64,000 bases of DNA from positions 4,712,001 to 4,776,000 of the forward strand of contig CM035351.1 of assembly GCA_020137815.1 (NCBI GenBank), written 5' to 3'. This document shows positions 24,054-36,800 of the stretch, in pieces. The DNA is from Hormiphora californensis. Its lineage: Eukaryota > Animalia > Ctenophora. Both the position numbers and the translations under genes were made by a program. The notes under the pieces were generated by a model. It saw only the letters and a program-made list of their open reading frames with translations. It had not been told where the DNA came from and searched no databases. Position 1 is the first letter of the stretch. The number at the start of each line of letters is the position of its first letter.

Positions 24054-27000
24054 TTAGACGGTGATCAGCTTGCGGAGACGTCGAACTAGAGCGGAGGTGA
24101 AGCTAGACGTTACTGTTGACGTGTTTTTACTCTGAAATGGATTTGAGTATTAGGTATTTGTATATGGGGATATCGTTAGGCAAAAGCTGCCGTCTGCAGA
24201 TAATGTGCTAAGTAGAATCTGGCAAAAACTGTATCAGTATGGCCGATGGCGTCGCCGGACCCGTTTTAATTCTCAAAAACGACAGTGCGCTCAGATCGGG
24301 CCGGTGCCGCAAAGAGAGCAATAATAAGTTGGGGGAGTAGTAGTCGAGTAAAGGTAGAAAAATATTTCACTCTTACCGAGGTGAAGTCCACTATTTTCTT
24401 GAGAAACGGATCCGTAAGATGGTGAGAGAGTTCTCGAGTCAACTGAAAAGAAATAGGTTGGGATATCATTTATGATTTATTATTATTTGTTTTCCGGAAG
24501 AAAAATAAAACAAAATGTCTCATAATTTTCAAGCGTTTCACTGTATGTGATTCCTAATTCCCCCAACCCCATTATCATGATTACAGTCTCCATGTCTACA
24601 TTCAAAGTTCGAACCAACCACCCTGCTAACTGCCTACGTCAATCTATGTTGTTTTAACAACCATGATAAGTGGGGATAATCATCACTATCAAATACTTAG
24701 CAAGTTCGAAACTCAAAAATGGGCGTCATAGAGGCATTTTAAGAATTTAAGTGATGAAAATTGATTCAAACAAAGTTCTCAATGACGTTGCGTAAGCACA
24801 AATGAATTTACTACAGCCTGGCATCGGTCCACCTATAAAATACCACATTTCAACCCATCACCAGTTATGTTTCAACTACTACTTCTGCTGGTTGCTGCTG
24901 TGGTCCAAGTCCTGGATGCTATTCCCCCTGCTGGACTCCTGCATTCCATTCCCCCTCCTGGATTCCTGCTCCCGGATCTTATTCTCCCTGATTGGCTCCC
25001 GGATGATATTGTCTCTAAACTCCCGGATGATGTTCCCTCTAAGCTCCCGCTCCCGGATGCCATTCCCCCTGCTGTACTCCCGGTCCTGGATGCTGGAGTA
25101 GTTCACTATCTAGAAGATGGGGATGGTAACATTATGATCTCCCTCCCTACCCTCCCCGATATGGATCTACATCTCGACCCGGAACATTTTGATGATGACG
25201 ACCATTTTCAAGGAGATAAGATATACGAGCACCCTCTCTCCATGCCCCCAGTAGACCCTGATTGCATGGTGGATTGTAGAGATGAACAGATAGAGAGTGG
25301 AACTGATGGGGAGGAGGATTCTAAACTTCTCTGCCACTTTGATTGCCTTACGTATAGACAGTTTAAAGAGGTATAATTATTCCCAGAAATAATTTGTTAG
25401 GACATGATGTATCTTACAAATATAGACAGTCTGTACTTTACTTGTTACTAATTGAAGAATCTAACACAGGCATGATTCTGTTTAACCAGTTTATCTTTCC
25501 ACAGATCAATGACAAATTTATTCGGGATTTTGGTTACGATATTGGAGATATTGGAGTATCGGAGGCGATCAGGATGTGGAGAAAGGGACATGATCATGAT
25601 TTTATCTACTCCCCCGAAATGCCGAAACATCAACTGCATGTTGACGAGTTCCATCATTTTGAGGAAAACATGGAACCGGAGATCACGAAGAAGGAAAAGA
25701 AAAAAGAGAAGAAATCTGGGAGGAAAGAAAGGAAAAGCGAGGAGAAGAAGTTAAAGAAAAGTGCAAAGAAATTAGAGAAGGAGCAGAACAAAAATGAGAA
25801 AGCTGTAAAGAAAATTGAAAAACAAAAGCAAAAGTGTATGGCAAAATGCATGGTGAATAGTTTGTTGTAGAAGTTTGTTGTAGAAGTTTGCTTTTTTAGA
25901 ATTTTAGAATTTTTTAGAATTTTTAGAATCTTCGATTTTTTTTAGAACTTTCGATGATTATCCAAAACTTGTTTACAATAATTACAGTAGTTTTCACGTC
26001 CAAAATTCGTGGGACTGTTCGTTAAACGATTACAACTCTTTTCAATGACCCGCCATGGTGAAAAGAGTAACAGTAATTACAGTCGGACCCCGATTTACCG
26101 GGATGCTCGGGGGAAGGGGCCGGTAAGTCGGGGTTCCGGTAAGTCGGGGTTCCGGTAAGTCGGGGTTCCGGTAAATCGGGGTCGGACTGTACCTGTTTGA
26201 TGGAGTCCTGACTGGATAGAAGTTGTTTCTTGGGCTGGTGGGTGTCCGCTCTACCGTGACCGTGTAATGGTGAACATGCCTCCACAGCAGGTACACCAGG
26301 TTCTCTGTTAGTTGGGTGTACAATGTCAGCTCTTGGTCCTTGTTATCGGCCAACTGTTCCAACCTAGAATGGGATAGAGTAGGGGATGTCAGGAGGGGAT
26401 GTCAGGAGGGGATGTCAGGAGGGGTTGTCAGGAGGGGATGTCAGGAGGGGTTGTCAGGAGGGGATGTCAGGAGGGGATGTCAGGAGGGGTTGTCAGGAGG
26501 GGTTGTCAGGAGGGGTTGTCAGGAGGGGTTGTCAGGAGGGGATGTCAGGAGGGGATGTCAGGAGGGGTTGTCAGGAGGGGATGTCAGGAGGGGTTGTCAG
26601 GAGGGGTTGTCAGGAGGGGTTGTCAGGAGGGGTTGTCAGGAGGGGTTGTCAGGAGGGGATGTCAGGAGGGGTTGTCAGGAGGGGTTGTCAGGAGGGGTTG
26701 TCAGGAGGGGTTGTCAGGAGGGGTTGTCAGGAGGGGTTGTCAGGAGGGGTTGTCAGGAGGGGTTGTCAGGAGGGGATGTCAGGAGGGGATGTCAGGAGGG
26801 GTTGTCAGGAGGGGTTGTCAGGAGGGGTTGTCAGGAGGGGTTGTCAGGAGGGGTTGTCAGGAGGGGTTGTCAGGAGGGGTTGTCAGGAGGGGATGTCAGG
26901 AGGGGATGTCAGGAGGGGTTGTCAGGAGGGGTTGTCAGGAGGGGTTGTCAGGAGGGGATGTCAGGAGGGGTTGTCAGGAGGGGATGTCAGGAGGGGATGT

Positions 27001-27772
27001 CAGGAGGGGTTGTCAGGAGGGGTTGTCAGGAGGGGATGTCAGGAGGGGATGTCAGGAGGGGATGTCAGGAGGGGTTGTCAGGAGGGGTTGTCAGGAGGGG
27101 TTGTCAGGAGGGGTTGTCAGGAGGGGATGTCAGGAGGGGATGTCAGGAGGGGTTGTCAGGAGGGGATGTCAGGAGGGGATGTCAGGAGGGGTTGTCAGGA
27201 GGGGATGTCAGGAGGGGTTGTCAGGAGGGGTTGTCAGGAGGGGTTGTCAGGAGGGGTTGTCAGGAGGGGTTGTCAGGAGGGGATGTCAGGAGGGGTTGTC
27301 AGGAGGGGTTGTCAGGAGGGGATGTCAGGAGGGGATGTCAGGAGGGGTTGTCAGGAGGGGATGTCAGGAGGGGATGTCAGGAGGGGTTGTCAGGAGGGGT
27401 TGTCAGGAGGGGATGTCAGGAGGGGTTGTCAGGAGGGGTTGTCAGGAGGGGTTGTCAGGAGGGGTTGTCAGGAGGGGATGTCAGGAGGGGTTGTCATTGT
27501 GGGCGGGAAAACGCCATCGGAATAGGACATCTGGTGTGGAATATTATATGGGTAATGTTTTCTAACCTGATTTGAGCGTATCGGGCCCGTTCAGAAGCAC
27601 TACACTTGGCTGTATCCGTCACGATCCAGCTAGCCAGCTCCCTTTGCTCCTCGGTGCTGAGCTGACCAACGTGGAATGCCTGCAGCAGTTTGGGGCTGTT
27701 ATTAACTAGCTCGTCTGGGGGCTGTAATTAACTAGCTGCACAAGCAATTAACTGAGAAGAGTGAGAGAGAGA

Positions 27773-27839
<67 letters not shown>

Positions 27840-30800
27840 TGGTGTCTAATTTGGACGTTGACCACGGTAATAATCTAACACATAGAGGCAGTTGCAGCAC
27901 ACGCCGCACTTGTTCCGCAACAGACTGCAGATTTGCTCCAGGAGCTACAGATAGCTTTCTCTCTATCTCTCTCCCCTCTCCCTCTCCCTCTCTTTCTATC
28001 TCTCTCTCTCTCATTTATTTATTTATTGACTATCACGGTATTATCTATTTTTGCTTGCTCCTCTCAATTTCTGAATTATATTCCCAATTCCCATGCTCAT
28101 TCCTCATAATATTTCTTACAGGAACTATCTAGCAGGAACCGACCGAATCAGGAAATACTGGTCCCTGATTGGCTGATAACCAGTCACGTGACCTAAATAA
28201 CAAGTTCTGATTGGTTGTTTACTTGTTTCGGTCGGTTCCCAATTCCCATGCTCATTCCTCATAATATTTCTTATTAGTTTTTCTGGAGAAGCACTCGAAG
28301 CTCTGGCCGCTGCACTCTGTTTGGAATGTCGTCGCAAATATTAAACTCCCTCTCTCTCTCCTCTTCATCTGTCTTTCTCTCTCATTTCCTCTCCATCTTT
28401 TTACATGGCACATGTGTTGCATTTCCTTCTCCCTCGTCCCAACGGTTTGGACGAGGGTCGCCCCGTAATTAATCCTAATTAAGATGGTGGTTAAAAAGAG
28501 TGTGCCTTTCCCTAACCTCCCTTTTCTTCCCACAATAGTGTTGCGTGTGATTGAACAATGGACTCCACAATATATATCGAAGATTCCTCCTCAGGCCCTT
28601 CCTCAGAGAGTGATAGGCAACTCTCCGGTACCAGACACAATACTAACTCTAGAACCTCCGACCCCTGAAACACCACCCACACATCCAATCGGAGCGGGAG
28701 AGTTTCCTGATCCAGCAAGGGATGGAAGATTGGAGGCAATCGAGGAATCTCCCCCGGAGGACTCGAGTCCCGATAAGAGTCCTGACTCTGATGTCCAAAC
28801 ACCCCAGATTCTGTCGGAACTACGCGGTTTCAGCAACTCCCCTGCATCCCCCGGCAGAGAGGGAACCACACAGTCTCCCTATGCTGATTTTGATCCTGCT
28901 ATGTTTTCCCTGGCATTTGGAATGCCCCAACAACAGCAGCCAGTGATAACTACCAAGAGGATGGAATTCCCGGAACCCTCAGTTAGCTGTGAAACAAGGG
29001 TATTCTCAGTGCCCTCGGGTAGCAGTGAGGTTCGATCAGTCCCTGGGGCATCTTCATCAGGAGAGGTCCGAGCATTCCCTGGGCCATCATCAACAGGCGA
29101 GGTCCGATCATTCACGGTCCCCTTGACTAGCTCGGTTGTGAGTTGTGATCCAAGCACCGACGATGAAACTCTCCACTCCACCTCCTCACCCCTTTCCAAA
29201 CACACTGGTTCCATCAGAGAGCTGAGACAGGAGCGGGAGGCCAGGTCTCGATTGCAGTGCCGGAGTATCAGCCCTTTTGACATGCCAAATCCAGAACAGG
29301 TTGCCGAGGCGAGTAGGAGGAGAATGTCTCTGGATATCCCTGGACTTCACTCGACTACCTCACCCAGTACCTCCCCTCGATCTATCAAGAGGCTCCAGAC
29401 GATCTCGGCTGAGTCTTCACCAGCAACCCCGGATACACAGACAGCTATTGAGAGAATGATCAATTCGCCACGTTCCCGTGAGAAATTCTCCTCGTCTGTT
29501 AGGAAGAGCTCAGCATTTACCAGTCTATTTGGTGCGGATCAGTCCGATTCTGGTCACAGTGGTAGCGGGGTGACTCCAAGCAGTGGACCCAGTAGGAGCC
29601 CGAGAAGGGCCTCCATAGCTCAGATGTTTAGGGGAAACCCAGACCGCAGACCTAAATCGGAGACACCCCGAGTATCAGACACGAGCTCCGCCTCCACTGC
29701 ATCTCGACCGGTCAGGAAACGCCGGTCCACCCTAACAAAACTAGCAGATGCAGTGGTGTCTGCATTTATCAACAAGGGCGAACAGGAAGCCCCAGATGGG
29801 ACACAAGGTCGCCCAAAGAAGGTTGCTAAAAAAGAAAGTAGCGCTGAAAACAATCCCTGCTGTACAGCGGCAGACATCCCAGCCCAGTGAGTCTCCACCA
29901 TCCCTCCTTGTTACATCCACAGAACTCTCGCCGGAACAGGAGGAGGCTGTCATCCAGCCCTTGCCAGCGCACATCATGGCACCCCCACTATCCAGAATGA
30001 ACAGGGCTAGAAGGAACTCTATCATGCCCGGGGGTGGTCCACCTCAGTTGGTAATGAGGAAGGTGGATAGTAAGAAGGATGTTACTGATAAGGATCGACC
30101 AAAGATTGATGATGTTGTCTTTACTGTCAATCAGAAGGGGGAGATGGAGATGTTTGAGGTCGTCCCGGAGGAGGTTCCAGTTATACCACCAGGTCAGTGT
30201 ACAGTCGGACCCCGATTTACCGGGCAAAGCCTTCCCCCCCGAGCATCCCGGTAAATCGGGGTCCGACATTACTGAGATTCTCTATAGCTTCTCTTCAGAT
30301 TCTCAGTAGTGAAACTACTTGTATCAGTGAGATCACCAGATAGACTCTGGAACAGTGATTGTCGTCATGATATCATGAACGTGTCAACTGTCTAAACTGT
30401 CTTCCCATACCAGGCCGGATAACTGAGATCAACTCAATGATGGAGTTTCACCGAGCTCTCAATGCCGCAGGTATAATGTGCCTAATTTCTTCTCTGTTAT
30501 TATCTTGGCTCCCTGAAGATTCCAATCCACCACCCTCCCTTTTGTTCTGCTGCTGTGCTCTACATATTCATTTTAGGAGTGAATATCTTGTTATATCAAG
30601 AATCAGGACAAACCATCTCTTTGTAATGGCTCTCAGGAAAACACTTCAACACCCCCCTCCCTACAGGTGACATGTTAGTAGTGGTGATCTACACAGCGAG
30701 GTGGTGTGGTCCCTGGAGGGTGATGAGACCTGTGGTGAACGGACTCACCCACATTCACGCTGACGTCTTCTTTTATGAGGTAGCTACAACATTGTTCGAC

Positions 30801-33800
30801 CCTCCTTCCCCGTGAACAAAACAAACACAACAGAGATTTTGAGTTAATTATTCACACCGCATAACAAGACATTCTCTTGTTTTTCTGTGTAGATCATAAT
30901 TCACTGAGTTTTGTGTGAATGGCGACATCCCATTTCTCAATCTCTAAACCCTCTCCCCCACAACCTCCCTTCTCTCTCCTCCATCCATCTCCCCCTCCTC
31001 CAGCTCTCCAATCTCTAACCCCCATCTCCCCCTCTTCCAGTTCCCTAATCTCTAAACCCCATCTCCCCCTCCCAGGTCGATGTAGATGACAACGAAGATC
31101 TATCAATATCCCGGAGAATCGTGTGCATGCCAACTTTCCAATTCTTCAAATCATGCTACCAGCTGGATACATTCCGGGAACCAAACCGAGTCAAGGTGGA
31201 CGAGACTATTAGAAAGTTTAAAAAGTTGGAGATAAAGGAGAATGATTGGAGATATGAAAAGTATCCTGGGACTCCCGATCTTCGGTTGTTACACTTTAGG
31301 GCGGGACTCGGGGCTACCAGGTCTACTAACGATATGGTCTACTGAGATTCGAACTGCGCTATTTTATAGAAAAAGTCTGAGAGAGTACAGAACGGACAGT
31401 GATTCTAGAATTAACTCCAGGATGGAGAGTGAGAAGAAGTGAGAGCGAAAGAGAGAGAGAGTGAGAGTGAGAAGAAGTGAGAGTGAAAGAGAGTCTCTCA
31501 GAGAGAGAGAGTTCACCTTATGAGTTAGTTGACTGTAGTTGTCAGAGTGGTGAGAGCTACCGTCCAGTGCCTTCTGAAGGAGTGTTATCAGAAGACTTAG
31601 ACTGTTTCCGTGGCCCTTCCTGGCACCTGAGGGAGAGTATTTGGTTACGAAGTTACCCCTTGCCAGCGTGCGCGAAGGTCGCCCGGCGACCTAAACAGAG
31701 TGTGAGGTGTCCTCGATACCAAGAAGAGTATTGGGTCAGACGGAGAGAGATTCGAGAAGGAGAGAGATTCGGGAGAAATCAGAACGATAAAGTGAGAGAT
31801 ACGAGAAAACATATTGAGAGTGAGAGTTGTGTACTACACATCCAGTGCAGTAGGTGCGAGGACAGGCACTGACTGTAACATCTCGCACGCTGTTTAGTGT
31901 TGTGTTCCGTGAGTGTCAAAATGTGGTTACTGAAGGACAGCATAATTAGTAATTATTAATTACACGTGTTTCATGCCATCATGTACCGCAGTTCAGAGCT
32001 GAATTAAAAAAATTAAATTGAGAAATTAATGGAGGAGAGAATGGAACCTAAACATAACTTTAATTTTACTGTGTGTCGTGCCACGGTGTACATGGACATT
32101 TGGGACTATTTAAACTGTGTTGTTAAAAAAAAGAACTTTACATCCCATCTCTATCCTTCAAGGATTCGAAGTTACCCCTCCCTTGCCAGAAAGGTCGCGG
32201 TTATTTCGTAATACAAAAAAGACTCACCTAGTTCAGTGCTAAAGAGGGCGTTGATAACATTTCCATTTCCCATCGCACTGACAGCATATGAGATTACATT
32301 CGTTACAATCTGCAGCTTCAATGTCTGTATCTCCAGATCCTGAAATGACAACAACAAGTAGTCAATGTACATATTGGGGTGGGACACGTACAAACTCAAC
32401 AACAACAATATAGTCAGCTGAATTTTTCACAGTCCAGCGACTCAAATGTTTCTTTAGGTCATGCACGTCGGAGTGGCACTTGTGTTAGAAATAGAAATGA
32501 GATAAGCACATCATCCAAATAACCATCCAATTCTCTCTCACCGTATCAGCAGAAGTGCATTTCCCCGGTAACTGCAGGCTATGTAGAAGGTTGAGGAGGT
32601 GTCTCTGTAGCTGGGCACTAGTACTCTGCATCTGGATGGTCACGGCAACATCATCATCAGTGGTGTGGTGGTTGGAACGGAGCCAAGCCAGGAGTGACGT
32701 CACGAGAGAGAGGTCCTGGTAGTCCGATTTGCTCCTCTCACCTCCTCCCTTTATAATGGAGGATATGAGCTCACTGTGGGCACACACGAAGTGGGACGCC
32801 TGAGAAAGAAAGAAGGGGTTGTTAGTGTTATACAGTGAGTAGTGGGTGATTGAGATGATGAGATGCCATGGAATGTTTCATGTGGATGAAAAGGTAACGA
32901 GCAACTAGTTGGGGGGGGGGGTGGCTAGTTGATGAACTCTCCTGTCGTTCAGATATCGAGAAAGAAAAAGAGATATCGAGAGATATCGAGAAAGAGATAT
33001 CGAGATATAGATATCGAGAAAGAGATATCGAGAAAGAAAAAGAGATATCCGTTTACCCGAGGTTGGTATAGAAAGTGAACAAGTACCTGTTTGGTTGCTA
33101 CAATGTACCTGTTTGGTTGCTACAATGTACCTGTTTGGTTGCTACAATGTGCCTGTTTGGTTGCTACAATGTACCTGTTTGGTTGCTACAATGTGCCTGT
33201 TTGGTTGCTACAATGTACCTGTTTGGTTGCTACAATGTGCCTGTTCCCCAGGGATGTCAACAGAGACGTTAGGAGAGTTAGGACAGGTTGTACCAAGAGA
33301 TGCTGTCTATATAGCTCACTCGCAACGGGCAGCTGGTGTAGTATAGTCAACTCAGATAACCGGGAGATAAGACCACAATCAAGAAGGGTGCTGGCCCCTG
33401 CCTCCGTCTGTGCTATCTGGGTTAGGAAGGCTAACTTCGCCTCGTAGATAAACAGCGGTTTGATGTTGTCCGATCCGATACCAATTAGCATGTTTTGGTT
33501 GTCAGACTGGATGGATTCGATGAAGTGTTTTAGGTAACCCTTGCTGGTGAGGTGTTTTAGCCAAGTCTGGTAGGAATCAGCTCCCATAACAATTGATAGG
33601 AGGGACAGGGACAGGATCTGAAATGTTACATGTTAGATTTAGAGAGGGACAGGATCTGAAATGTTACATGTTAGATGTAGAGAGGGACAGGATCTGAAAT
33701 GTTACATGTTAGAGATAGAGAGGGACAGGATCTGAAATGTTACATGTTAGATTCATGAAAAAAAATCAATACTGAGAACATTCTACCTTGACTAATGACT

Positions 33801-36800
33801 ATTGACCCATTCTGATTTTCAAACTGCGCCTACCTTGGTGACTCCATGGCCTTTAGACGCATCCTTACACAGCGACTCAATAAAGATATCACCATATGAA
33901 CAGAGCACTGCCAGACTATCAGTATCCACAATACTGTACCCCTGGGCCACAGCACCACTCCACATAACATCACTTGTATCAGATTTAACAGCCATCTTCA
34001 GGCAGTGCAGCAGGGCGGCATAAAGGTGGGATCGGGCCTGCTGCATGTTGCCTCCACATTGGATCAAGGCCTCTACCAGGTTTCTGGTTATGGTCTGGAG
34101 GAGACCTGGCGGTAGGGGGTCCACTCCCTCTCTGGGGGTAGAGGGTAGTGTAAAGCAACAACAATCGCTAGTAATTAGGGACAACATGACCGCCTCCAAG
34201 ACACCAATCCGCTCTGCGATACAAAAACTATATTACTAACGCGATTTCGTACCCAAACTAAACACATGTTTCACGTAATGTGGTTATAATACTCACAGTT
34301 GAATATCAGAGTTGGGAATCTGAGTTGTATATCTGAGTTGTTGCACCAGCAGCACGACACACCCACTGGCAGAAGACAACAACCCGGCCAGGGGGTGCCC
34401 ATCTCTACTCCTCCCCAGAATGGCCTGGGTCAGCTCCACAAGTAGGGTCTGGCGGGCTGGCACTAACTCATTGTTGCAACCCACCACCATGACTTCGACC
34501 ACCTGACGCCACGCATCAAATGCTCGCCGTTTGAGGGCGATCTTTCGGCGGATGGTGTTGCGTTCTACGGTGTTGTTCAGAATGGTCTTTATCTCCTGAA
34601 GGATGATAGTTGGTAAAAACTAAAAACAGGGGAAAGGTTGTGCTGTGTATGAACAATACAAGGGAAAGGTGGTAAAAGCTTGTTCTGGAATCCAGACTTT
34701 TATTTCGTTTCACTCAGAAAAAGTTTAACTGCAGCTCTCTTGCGCGGAAAAAGGGTCCGAGCGAGTTAAAACTAGGGAATCAAAAGAGGACCGGATACAA
34801 ATTAGACAAAGGTAACTATCATTATCAGTTTCAATATTACCTCATTGATATCGTTCTTCTGGGCAATAGAGATATTAGTATTGGCTATCAGTGCCAGTTC
34901 GCCCTGCAGCGCATTATGCAGATTCACTACATGTATCAACACCACACCATCCTCCTTGCTCTGGTGCTGTCTCATCAACCCCTCCAACTTCTCCCCATCA
35001 AAATAAACAAGATCCAGGGGATTATACGTTCCCACGTCCAGGGCACACACCGCATCCAGCAAGGACAGCAACTTCTGACTACCGATATGGAAGGGACCCT
35101 GCACGGAAACTGATGGTCCTGCTAGGGCTACTAGGAGCCGTTGGAGGTAGCTGGTTAGGTTGGCTCGGGAGGTTACAAGGAGTTCTAGGGCTAGGAGCTG
35201 CAGGAATACAGTCTGGTGTTCTAGTCGGGTGTCATCACTGGACGGGTGTATCTCTAGGAACTTGCCAAAGAAATCGTAGGTTGAACGGAGGTAACGAAGC
35301 ACTGCACCACCTGTAATGAGTTATTGTTTGGGAAATTTGTTAGAAATTGGAAACTGCTAGCTAATATATGGGCAGCTCCAATCGGTGTGTTTCTCAAAAG
35401 TATGAACAGAACAACTCCAGTTGGTGATATATAGGGAAGTGGGAACGTGGCCGTTTATCAAATCGAGGGATAAAATCTCAAATTTAAAACGTTAAACTAG
35501 ATTCACATACCGGTGTGACGATTGGTGGACAGTTTGAGGAGGAGTTGGTAGCAGAGGAGAGATAGTTGAGGAGTATCCAGCGAGGAATTAGGAGGTAGCT
35601 CCTTGAAGAGTAGGTCAATAACACTGTGTAATACTGTCCTCTTGCACCCCTGGATACCTGAGAAGTAAACAAGTGTTAGCTGGAATATAACATGACGTGT
35701 TCTCTCCCCCCCCCCCGTGTTCTGTGGAACTAGCCGCGTAACAATTACAGACATTTAGAGAACATGATTGAGGCTAGAAACCTATCCTTCTATGCCGTAA
35801 CGTCAAACCCTTTTACTACTAAACTCGGTGGACCGAGGGGAGGGAGGACGGAGGGGGCATTATTTCAACACATACCAGGTTCCTGGAGGACCGTCTTGGA
35901 GAGAGGTCGAGTGACATCAAATCCCAGCAGGTAGAACCCAATATTGGGGGCAGCGAAATCCAGGAGAGAGATTAGGAGGTTAAGTATCTTCTGTCGTACA
36001 GAGTTTCTTTCAGCTGCTGCTCCTTCTGTACGGGATGAAGGGTTTGTACTTAGTACTGTGTCAAGTTAAATCTCACATAATTTCAATAAACATGTTTACG
36101 TTTCCAGATCATATAACAGCGTTACCAAACGTTGCTATTTTCTAATCCTTCTTCTACCGAACCCTCACAGAGCATGAAATAAAATGACGGTGTGAGCCAC
36201 ACAAATCCTTCTTTTACAAAAACTAAAAAGAGATGGTCGAGCAGCACAAATCAAACTCTTACCTAGCACCTCAGGTTCATCTGTTTCTAACCTCTCCACC
36301 AGACTCTGCATCAGTTCCTCCGCAACACCCGCCTTTTGGGTGAGCAGCACAGATACGGGACTGAGGGTTCCTGGTTTACTGCACACCCCAACCAACAGCT
36401 TTACACTACAGTGAACTGTGTCAATGTCACTGTTCAGGGGTACCAGTAACCTGGGGAGAGGGAGAGGTTACACTTTACCCCTTTAGAGCATCCCTTGTAG
36501 TGCTGGTAAGGGGCAGGGGGCGGGCATAGAGACAGAGGATTATACGTTAGATAGTGTATAAATTATGCAATGGATGGGGAATGGATGATTGAAACAAATT
36601 CTAAATTGAGCTGCAGAACCAAAATCATCACTTACTTTGTTATACTAAGAATGAAATCAGTTTTCTTTGTGGTAGGGTTAACAGACAACAGTAGCTGTTG
36701 GAGGGGAGTCACTATCGCTGTAGCATTGCTATCACGCAGCATGTTCAACAGGTCCTCCTGTAGCTCTAGAGTGAGTGCCAGTACCTTCACTGCACCCCGC

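Noticed and set aside
26316-27575. Three 380-420-aa GGVVRRGCQEG repeat ORFs
   Set aside because: A stop-free 13-bp minisatellite read in all three frames inside an intron
29825-29840. Possible programmed frameshift at an A6 run in the thioredoxin-domain gene
   Set aside because: It needs a +1 shift rather than -1; one extra A explains it, and the assembly shows similar indels
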